Source of the DNA: an uncultured bacterium | GTDB lineage: Bacteria > Verrucomicrobiota > Verrucomicrobiia > Verrucomicrobiales > V1-33 | Direction: 5' to 3' | Length of the DNA stretch: 64,000 bases | Assembly: GCA_903936775.1 (NCBI GenBank) | Contig: CAIZWU010000099.1 | Span: forward strand, 3,043-67,042 | Part shown: positions 18,443-25,429 of the stretch, piece by piece | Layout: each line of letters starts with the position of its first letter | How positions within the stretch are numbered: position 1 is the first letter of the stretch | Notes under the pieces: generated by a model | The model's database searches: none | Seen by the model: only the letters and a program-made list of their open reading frames with translations | Told to the model about the DNA's origin: nothing | Position numbers and translations under genes: made by a program

Positions 18443-19552
18443 TTACGCTACCCCTTGGGCAGGCAGCCAGGCTTCAAGGATGGCGGCGAATTTTTCATTT
18501 TGGGGCATGGTGCCGATGCTGACGCGGATCCAGTCGGGGAGGCCGTAGGCTCGCATGGCGCGGAGGATGACGCCCTTTTTCATGGCGTGGTGGAAGAGGG
18601 CATCGCCGTCGCCGACTTTGACGAGGATGAAGTTGGCGTGGGTGGGGATGAACTCGAGGCCGAGGCGGGTGAAGAGGGCTTCGAGGAACTGCTTGCCTTC
18701 CTTGTTCACGGCGCGGGTGCGGTCCTGGTGGTCCTCATCCAACAGACCGGCGAGGGCTCCAGCCTGGGCGATGGCGTTGGCGTTGAAGGGCTGCCGGGTC
18801 TTTTGCAGGATGTCGGCAAGGTGCTTCGGCGCAATGCCATAACCGATGCGCAGGCTGGCCAGTCCCTGGATTTTGGAGAAGGTGCGCATGACCACCACAT
18901 TCCGGCCTTCCCTGACGTATTTCAGGGTGTCGAGGGGTTCTTCGAGGAATTCGTAGTAGGCCTCATCAAACACCACGATGACATGCGGCGGGACCTGGGC
19001 CATGAAGGCATCGATCTCGGCCTGGTGGCAGAGGGTGCCGGTGGGGTTGTTGGGGTTGGCGACGAAGATCTCCTTGGTGCGCGGGGTGATGGCCGCGGCC
19101 ATGGCGGAGAGATCGTGTTTGAAGCCGGGGTCATCCACTTCGATGGTGGTGGCGCCGAAGAGGGTGGCCATCAGTTTGTAAACCACGAAGGCGTGCTTGG
19201 CGGTAATAACCTCATCGCCAGGCTGGAGGAAGGCGTGACCGATGAATTCGATGATTTCGTTGGATCCGTTGCCGAGGACAATGTTGCCCATTTCGAGGCC
19301 GAACTTGTTGGCGATGGCGGTGCGCAGTTTATACCCTCCGCCGTCCGGATAGACGTGGGCCTGGAGCAGGGCTTCCTGCATGGCGGTGACCGCCTTGGGG
19401 GAGGGGCCGAGCGGGTTTTCATTGGAAGCTAGTTTGACGATTTCGTCAGGGTTCAATCCCAGTTCGCGCGCGACTTCCTCAATGGGTTTGCCGGGTTCAT
19501 AGGAGACGAGTTCGCGGAGTTGCTGGTTGGCTTGCTGCCAGAGGTCGGTCAT
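18443..19552 (-). CDS. hisC: Histidinol-phosphate aminotransferase
   Basis: Class-II aminotransferase with the HisC hallmark LASNENPLGPSP and the PLP-lysine region TFSKIQGLASLRIGY. Length is 369 aa. Confidence 0.92.
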   Translation of the reverse strand: MTDLWQQANQQLRELVSYEPGKPIEEVARELGLNPDEIVKLASNENPLGPSPKAVTAMQEALLQAHVYPDGGGYKLRTAIANKFGLEMGNIVLGNGSNEIIEFIGHAFLQPGDEVITAKHAFVVYKLMATLFGATTIEVDDPGFKHDLSAMAAAITPRTKEIFVANPNNPTGTLCHQAEIDAFMAQVPPHVIVVFDEAYYEFLEEPLDTLKYVREGRNVVVMRTFSKIQGLASLRIGYGIAPKHLADILQKTRQPFNANAIAQAGALAGLLDEDHQDRTRAVNKEGKQFLEALFTRLGLEFIPTHANFILVKVGDGDALFHHAMKKGVILRAMRAYGLPDWIRVSIGTMPQNEKFAAILEAWLPAQGVA

Positions 19553-19620
19553 GGGAGGAGGGTTGTTGGTGGGGAAGTTTATGGAATCGACGGACGGGGT
19601 CCGATGGCGGGGACTTTTGG

Positions 19621-20316
19621 TTATTTCGGGGCGGCGGCGGGGAGGGGCGTATCGACGGGGGGACGAAGCGGGACCTGCACGTCGTAAGGTTTGTATCTCA
19701 TTTCCTTTTCGATCTCAGCGGTGCGGGCGCGACCGGATTCGAGGGCATCCCAGATGATTTCGCGGGGGATTTTGAGCTTCCATTTGCCATTCTCCAGCAC
19801 GGCCTCCAGCACCGTCAGGGGAATCGGCACGGGGGAGGGTTTGTCGTAGGTGCGCTCGGCGACCATGTAGAGGGTGTCCTCGTAGCGGGTGAGCACCTTG
19901 AGCTTGTAGAGAGGAAGGCCGGACTGGCCTTGAAGCGCCCGGGCCTTGTCGGCGAGGGCGAGTTCGCGTTTCCGCATCCAGTCGGTGTAAAGCACCCAGA
20001 ACTGCTCGTCGGTGAGTTCGAGCAGGCTCTTGAGAGGGATGGGCTGGTTGTCCTTGTTGTAGGGGAGGACGCCCATGAGGTCCTCATCGGTCATAAGGTC
20101 CATCTGCCAGAGGGTGAACTCGCGGAACAGGCTGCGCGATTTGCTTTCGCAGTTGGAGATGAAGGTGGAGTAGTTTTTCCCCTGCATGGCATCGGCGTAG
20201 AAAGCGAAGAGATCGCGGCCGGCGGACTGCCAATCCTCGGCCGCGCGGAGGCGGGCTGGTGCAACGACAGTGCAGAGAGCCAGGCAGAGCAGCAGGAGGC
20301 GGGGAAGCATTTTCAT
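19621..20316 (-). CDS. Hypothetical secreted protein
   Basis: Start moved to ATG 20316 for the signal peptide MKMLPRLLLLCLALCTVVAPARLRA. Coding-like GC3 bias. No recognisable family. Confidence 0.6.
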   Translation of the reverse strand: MKMLPRLLLLCLALCTVVAPARLRAAEDWQSAGRDLFAFYADAMQGKNYSTFISNCESKSRSLFREFTLWQMDLMTDEDLMGVLPYNKDNQPIPLKSLLELTDEQFWVLYTDWMRKRELALADKARALQGQSGLPLYKLKVLTRYEDTLYMVAERTYDKPSPVPIPLTVLEAVLENGKWKLKIPREIIWDALESGRARTAEIEKEMRYKPYDVQVPLRPPVDTPLPAAAPK

Positions 20317-20439
20317 AGGGGGGAGGGGGGAGGAAAGCAGCACAACACAGAGCGTCACAAAAATCCAGGGCAGCTTGCAAAGCGGTGCGGAGCGACCTTG
20401 CGCGGCGGGGAGGAAGCAGGCAACCTATTACGCACTGCC

Positions 20440-22053
20440 ATGAATGAAGCCCCTGCCCCGCCCACTGATGCTGCTCCCTCTGGACGCGTTCCCACAGGGC
20501 GGCGGCACCGGGCACGCCACCCGTGGACGCGGCGGATCGGGTGGACCCTGGGGGCATTGGCAGGGCTGGGGCTGGCCGGCGTGTTTTCGCTCCGGTTATG
20601 GGTGGAACGGTATTTGAAGAGTGAGACGTTTACCCAACAACTGAATGCCACCGCGGGGCGCACCCTGGAGTCCACCTGCCTGATCGAGGGGCTCAGCTGG
20701 CAGGACTCGGCGGCGTATGCCGGGACCTTCACCGCGAACGGGCTGGAGCAGGCGGCCTTCCGGCGGCTGACCCTTTCCGACATCCGGGCGGAGGTGGATG
20801 CCGGGGCGATCTGGGACCGGGTTTGGCGGGTACCCCTGGTTAAAATAGCCCAGGTGACCGCGGATTTTTCCGCAGGGGGGCGGGCCCCGGCTCCGGTCCC
20901 GCAGGCGGACGCGGCCACCGCATCCGGTGCGGCCGCAAAATCCGGCGGTTGGCGGGAACGCTGGCTGCCCAACCGCAGCGAGCTCGGCCCGATCCGGGTG
21001 GACCGGTTTGATTTTACAAGGAAAGCCGGCCAGGGCGTGCCGTTCCTGGAGGGCCGGGGGTTTTCCCTCGTGCTGAAACCCAACCTGAAACTGGGCAGCC
21101 TGGAGATCGAAGGGCGGGATGGGGAAGCGCAGTTGGAGAACATGGCGCATCCGTTGCGGGTGAGCCGGTTGCGCACGACGCTGCGGCCGGACGAAGCCGC
21201 GATTGATCACCTCGAGGGCACGCTCGAAAACGCGGTACTGACGGCGGAAGGCACCATCGGATTAAATACCCCGGGCAACCTGCGGCTCAATGTGCGCCTC
21301 GCCGGAGCCAGTCTGGAGCAGTGGCTGCCCGAAGACTGGCTGAAACGGTGCAGCGGTGTAGCCTCAGCCAAGGCCACCGTGCGGGGCAACTGGCGGCTGC
21401 CGGAGACGGTTCAGGCCACGGGCGATTTCCAGGTGAAGGATGCGATGCTGCAAGCCCTGCCCCTGCTGGATATCATCTCCAAAAAAACGCAGAACGCCTC
21501 GTTTCTCCGCATGCAGATCAAGGAAGCGACCGGCCGGTTTGAGCGGCGCCAGGCCGACGATTGGCAGATCCGGCAACTGCGGGCCGATGCCCCCGGCCTG
21601 CTGAGACTGAAGGGCGCGGTGGACGTCACCAAGGGCGGCACGCTGCAGGGATCGCTGCTGTTGGGCATCGTGCCGGGCACCCTGCGCTATGTGGCGGGGG
21701 CGGAACAGACGGTTTTCCTGACGGCGGACCGTTTCACCGCTGCGGCGGGCAATGCGGGGGCGCTCAGCCCTGACGACACCGGCCTATTGTGGACCCGTTT
21801 TCAACTGACCGGCACCCTGGAAGAACCGCAGGAGGATCTCTCGGAACGGCTGGCCCAAGCGTGGTTCAATGCCACGGTGGAGGAAGTCCTGGCGCTGCCC
21901 ATGGAAGCGGCCGCCACCGCCGCCCGGGCGGCTGCGGGTGCGGCGAATACCCTCTTGGAAGTGGCCCCGCCGGTCCTGGAGAAAGCGCCTGAAGTGATCA
22001 ACCAAGGGGTACAGGGCGGTCTGAAGCTCCTCGACACCCTAATACCCCGATAG
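20440..22053 (+). CDS. Hypothetical membrane-anchored protein (AsmA-like is only a guess)
   Basis: Start moved to ATG 20440. N-terminal basic stretch followed by a TM helix (IGWTLGALAGLGLAGVFSLRLW). The upstream part of the track ORF overlaps the divergent gene. Confidence 0.6.
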   Translation: MNEAPAPPTDAAPSGRVPTGRRHRARHPWTRRIGWTLGALAGLGLAGVFSLRLWVERYLKSETFTQQLNATAGRTLESTCLIEGLSWQDSAAYAGTFTANGLEQAAFRRLTLSDIRAEVDAGAIWDRVWRVPLVKIAQVTADFSAGGRAPAPVPQADAATASGAAAKSGGWRERWLPNRSELGPIRVDRFDFTRKAGQGVPFLEGRGFSLVLKPNLKLGSLEIEGRDGEAQLENMAHPLRVSRLRTTLRPDEAAIDHLEGTLENAVLTAEGTIGLNTPGNLRLNVRLAGASLEQWLPEDWLKRCSGVASAKATVRGNWRLPETVQATGDFQVKDAMLQALPLLDIISKKTQNASFLRMQIKEATGRFERRQADDWQIRQLRADAPGLLRLKGAVDVTKGGTLQGSLLLGIVPGTLRYVAGAEQTVFLTADRFTAAAGNAGALSPDDTGLLWTRFQLTGTLEEPQEDLSERLAQAWFNATVEEVLALPMEAAATAARAAAGAANTLLEVAPPVLEKAPEVINQGVQGGLKLLDTLIPR

Positions 22054-22102
22054 ACAAATCAAGGCTCGACGCAGCGCTGGTTCCGCAGTTTCCTGAACCT
22101 GT

Positions 22103-22579
22103 ATGAAAACCCTGCTCCTCTCCACCCTGCTTCTTCCCTTCCTGGCCGCCCTTGCTCCCGCTGAAACCCCGGCCACGGCCAAACCGGCTGCCCCGGCTGC
22201 CGCCCCAGCCGCTGCTGCGGTAAAACATGTGGCAGCGCCCGAAGCAGCCAAGCTCCTGGCGGATGCCGCCAAATCGCCCGCCCAACCCATCGCCGTGATC
22301 GACGTCCGGACTCCGGAGGAATTTGCGGAAAGCCACCTCAAAGGCGCGCAGAATGTCGACATCGCCTCCCCGGACTTCGCCAAAAATCTTGCCAAACTGG
22401 ACCCCTCCAAAACTTACCTCGTCCACTGCGCCGCCGGAGGCCGCAGCACCCGCAGTCTGAGCGTATTGGAGAAACTCGGATTCAAGTCCATCATCCACCT
22501 CGATGGCGGCCTGAATAGTTGGAAAAAAGCCGGATTGCCCCTCGAAAAACCGGCCGCTTCCCCGGCCCCGGCGAAATAG
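22103..22579 (+). CDS. Secreted rhodanese-domain sulfurtransferase
   Basis: Signal peptide and an Ala/Pro-rich linker. Rhodanese core VIDVRTPEEFAESHLKGAQNV with active-site loop HCAAGGRS. Confidence 0.85.
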   Translation: MKTLLLSTLLLPFLAALAPAETPATAKPAAPAAAPAAAAVKHVAAPEAAKLLADAAKSPAQPIAVIDVRTPEEFAESHLKGAQNVDIASPDFAKNLAKLDPSKTYLVHCAAGGRSTRSLSVLEKLGFKSIIHLDGGLNSWKKAGLPLEKPAASPAPAK

Positions 22580-22625
22580 TCCCGGCCCGGCTGCCGTTGT
22601 CATTCCGACCCATTCATAACTTCTG

Positions 22626-23606
22626 ATGGATCCCCCGAAGAAACCCGCGCGCAGCCTGATGGCGCAACTCCGCCAAAAGGGGGACGCCCTGCGGCGAGGC
22701 GGGAAATCGGCGGACAATGATCTTCAGGTCGGCCTGCTTCCTAACAAGGGATCCCTGGGACGCAATTACCGCTTCATCCGCCGCATTCTGCTGCCGCAGA
22801 TCTTCTCCAAACGGGCGGGAGAAACCCTGCGCCCTGACCTCGCGACCCCGGGGGGCCCGGAATTCCATGTGACCTGGATCGGCCATGCCTCCTGGCTGAT
22901 TCAAACCGAGGGGGTGAATGTGCTGGTGGATCCGGTCTGGGCCAATTGGCTCGGCATTGTCAAAAGGGTCAGAATGCCAGGCCTCGCCATCGCCGAATTG
23001 CCGCCGATCCATCTGGTTCTGGTGACCCACGCCCACTTCGACCACCTGCACCTCACCAGCCTGAAACAGGTCGCCAACGGCCAGCCGATCATCGTCCCGA
23101 AAGGCGTCGGCTCGCTCGTCAAAAACCGGGGGTATGGCGAAGTAGTGGAACTGGCATACTGGGAACAGATCGCCTGCGGGCCCCTCACCATCACCTTCAC
23201 CCCCTCGAAACACTGGGGCGCCCGCGTGGTGCATGACACCCATCGCGGATTCGGGGGATTTCTCATCCAGAACTCCGCCGGCCGCACCGTCTTCCACTGC
23301 GGGGACAGCGCCTACTTCGAAGGCTTCACCCGCATCGGCGAAACTGCCGCCATCGACCTCGCCCTGATGCCCATCGGGGCCTACGATTCCATGAGCGGCC
23401 GGGAGGTCCACATGAATCCCGAGGAAGCCCTCACTTCCTTCACCGATCTCGGGGCCAAACACATGATGCCGATGCATTACGGCACCTTCCCCCTCGGCGG
23501 CGAACCCATGCACGAACCGCTGGAACGGCTGCACACCACCGCCGCGGAACGCTCCCTGACCGAAAACGTGACCACGCCCGAGGAAGGCCAGCCCGGCATT
23601 TTCTAG
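22626..23606 (+). CDS. MBL-fold metallo-hydrolase (NAPE-PLD-like subgroup)
   Basis: HVTWIGHASWLIQTEGVNVLVDP followed by metal motif LVTHAHFDHLH, then later HCGDSAY. Confidence 0.85.
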   Translation: MDPPKKPARSLMAQLRQKGDALRRGGKSADNDLQVGLLPNKGSLGRNYRFIRRILLPQIFSKRAGETLRPDLATPGGPEFHVTWIGHASWLIQTEGVNVLVDPVWANWLGIVKRVRMPGLAIAELPPIHLVLVTHAHFDHLHLTSLKQVANGQPIIVPKGVGSLVKNRGYGEVVELAYWEQIACGPLTITFTPSKHWGARVVHDTHRGFGGFLIQNSAGRTVFHCGDSAYFEGFTRIGETAAIDLALMPIGAYDSMSGREVHMNPEEALTSFTDLGAKHMMPMHYGTFPLGGEPMHEPLERLHTTAAERSLTENVTTPEEGQPGIF

Positions 23607-23620
23607 CAAAATCATCAGAC

Positions 23621-23650
23621 ACTCACCCCCACTCACCCCCACTCACCGCG
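23621..23650. repeat. Decamer tandem repeat ACTCACCCCC (2 perfect copies plus 1 degenerate)
   Basis: Read directly: actcaccccc actcaccccc actcaccgcg, in the intergenic region after the MBL gene stop (23606). Confidence 0.9.
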
Positions 23651-23651
23651 C

Positions 23652-23714
23652 CTGCCCTCTGCCCTCTGCCCTCTGCCCTCTGCCCTCTGCCCTCTGCCCT
23701 CTGCCCTCTGCCCC
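23652..23714. repeat. Heptanucleotide microsatellite (CTGCCCT)8 plus one CTGCCCC copy
   Basis: Read directly. Eight perfect 7-mers span 23652-23707 and an imperfect ninth spans 23708-23714. One C then separates the array from the ATG at 23716. Confidence 0.95.
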
Positions 23715-23715
23715 C

Positions 23716-24012
23716 ATGACCTCCCTCATCGTCACCATCGAAACCCCACCGGACCGCGTGGATGAATTCATCCGCTTCATGACCGCAGCCGCCCATGACG
23801 CCCGCACCAAGGAACCGGGTTGCCGCCGCTTTGAAGTCACCCGCCTCACGGACCAGCCCAATGTCTTCACCCTGGCGGAACTCTACGACGACTACGCCGC
23901 CCTCGAAGCCCACCGCCTGACGCCGCATTTTCTGCTCTTCAAAAAACGGGCCGAGGAAGGAAACCTGATTATCAGCAAAACCTCCGCCCTCGGCGAAGTG
24001 ATCTCCGGCTGA
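23716..24012 (+). CDS. Antibiotic-biosynthesis-monooxygenase (ABM) family protein / putative quinol monooxygenase
   Basis: 98-aa ferredoxin-like ABM pattern: EPGCRRFEV ... FTLAELYDDYAALEAHRLTPHF. Confidence 0.8.
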   Translation: MTSLIVTIETPPDRVDEFIRFMTAAAHDARTKEPGCRRFEVTRLTDQPNVFTLAELYDDYAALEAHRLTPHFLLFKKRAEEGNLIISKTSALGEVISG

Positions 24013-24030
24013 AGCGTCCCGTCCTTGCCG

Positions 24031-24360
24031 TCAGGAAGGCGGCCCCACCGTGGTATTCAGCCGCACCCAATCCAGATAGGCCGGCAGCCCGGCGGTGATG
24101 GGCCAGGCGATAATTTCCGGCACCTCATAGGGATGCCGGGCTTTGAGAAAATCACAAAGCGCCGGCGAGGCCTCCACAGTGGTCTTGCAGGCGAGGATGA
24201 CTTCGGCAGCCCGCTCTGTCTTCCCTTCCCAGCGGTAAAGGGAAGTCACCGGAGCGCTGACCTGACAACAAGCGGCCAGCCCTTTGTCCACCACTGCTCC
24301 GGCCGCGGCCAAGGCGAGGGTTTCGTCGGGGAAGGAGCAGCTGACCAATACAAGATCCAT
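24031..24360 (-). CDS. cutA: Divalent-cation tolerance protein CutA
   Basis: 109 aa. LAACCQVSAPVTSLYRWEGK ... HPYEVPEIIAWPI is the CutA1 signature. Confidence 0.9.
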   Translation of the reverse strand: MDLVLVSCSFPDETLALAAAGAVVDKGLAACCQVSAPVTSLYRWEGKTERAAEVILACKTTVEASPALCDFLKARHPYEVPEIIAWPITAGLPAYLDWVRLNTTVGPPS

Positions 24361-24402
24361 CGCCTGAGTTTCCGCCAGGGCGCCGGCCTCGGCAAGCCTG
24401 GG

Positions 24403-24717
24403 TTAAGGGGTTAGGCATGAAGCTGTAGTCAAGCCGTCCCGGCATGATCCGCCACCAACAGGACAAGGCCGGGACGGCCCTGCGAAGGGCGTCACGGCAT
24501 TCAACCTGGGGTTGCAGTCCTCAGAAGGCTGCCCCGGGTCCATTCTCCCCACCAGGTCTTCTACGTAAGTCGCTCCGTTTTGAATGCTTTGATAAAACGG
24601 GCTATCGAAGCGGCCACGGTAGGGCAGTCCGGTGTAGGTCACGGTGGCAGCCTCAACCGGCAGGGCAGTGGCGAAGCGGAAAATGAAGCAGGCATTACGC
24701 AGCGTCAAAGTGATCAT
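24403..24717 (-). CDS. Hypothetical protein; truncated paralogue of the N-terminal region of the adjacent PEP-CTERM protein (possible gene remnant)
   Basis: ATVTYTGLPYRGRFDSPFYQSIQNGATYVED matches ATVTYTSLPYRSRADSPFYQSIQNGTTYVED of the upstream gene. No PEP-CTERM tail. Its start overlaps the upstream stop as ATGA (24714-24717). Confidence 0.4.
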   Translation of the reverse strand: MITLTLRNACFIFRFATALPVEAATVTYTGLPYRGRFDSPFYQSIQNGATYVEDLVGRMDPGQPSEDCNPRLNAVTPFAGPSRPCPVGGGSCRDGLTTASCLTP

Positions 24718-25427
24718 GACGCGATCCTTTTGCGCCGCAAGGCCAAGGCCAGAACACCTCCGACGGCCAGCATTCCAGTGGAGGGTTCCGGGATCGCACC
24801 ATAACCGTATTGGATGTGATCGAAATACAGGGAGCTTCCCAGCACAATACTGGAAATCCCGCCATCGTAGCTCAAGCCGAAGAAGCGGTCGCCTAATGTA
24901 GAGGCCTGAGAAGTTGTGTTTGGTAAAACAGGGATCAGTTCAGAAAGAAAAGAGTTTGGGATGGCGGTGCCATTCGCATCGAAGGCTTGAAAGTATCTAA
25001 GAAGTCCCACGTTTAACGAAGTGTATCCCAAGATAACTGCACCGGCGTGAGTCGGGTAATTGCCGGAAGAATCCGGCCTGAAGCTAGCCCGAACCGAAAA
25101 AGGGGGGCCTTCCGGGACCAAGGACGCATTGGGAACAACCCAAGCCCTTCCAAGACCCAAATTATTCAGCAGGCCTTCGTCTTCATCCACGCTTTGACCA
25201 AGAGAATCGAAAGTTTTCCCCGTGGACGTGCTCAAGCCGGGCGTATTGGCGAATCTGTCTTCAAAGTCCTCGACGTAAGTCGTTCCGTTTTGGATACTTT
25301 GATAAAACGGGCTGTCCGCCCGGCTGCGGTAAGGCAGGCTGGTGTAGGTCACGGTGGCTGCAAAAGCAGAAACACTTGTGCCCAGAATAGTGAAGAGTAA
25401 AAGAGGGAGCGATTTGGCTGAGGTCAT
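24714..25427 (-). CDS. PEP-CTERM sorting-domain secreted protein
   Basis: Signal peptide MTSAKSLPLLLFTILGTSVSAFA. C-terminal IPEPSTGMLAVGGVLALALRRKR gives the PEP motif, a TM helix and a basic tail. Confidence 0.8.
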   Translation of the reverse strand: MTSAKSLPLLLFTILGTSVSAFAATVTYTSLPYRSRADSPFYQSIQNGTTYVEDFEDRFANTPGLSTSTGKTFDSLGQSVDEDEGLLNNLGLGRAWVVPNASLVPEGPPFSVRASFRPDSSGNYPTHAGAVILGYTSLNVGLLRYFQAFDANGTAIPNSFLSELIPVLPNTTSQASTLGDRFFGLSYDGGISSIVLGSSLYFDHIQYGYGAIPEPSTGMLAVGGVLALALRRKRIAS

Positions 25428-25429
25428 GG

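Noticed and set aside
19449-19460. GGTTCAATCCC, a tRNA T-arm-like motif.
   Set aside because: It lies inside the well-supported hisC coding sequence, and no acceptor or anticodon stems can be drawn around it.
23621-23715. Possible CRISPR array, given the regular short repeats.
   Set aside because: The units are 7 and 10 nt and directly abutting with no spacers, and no cas genes are in the window. It is a microsatellite, not a CRISPR array.
23623-23928. Minus-strand ORFs translating to GRGQRAEGRGQRAE repeats.
   Set aside because: This is simply the reverse translation of the (CTGCCCT)n microsatellite. The rest of the ORF is antisense to the well-supported ABM gene.
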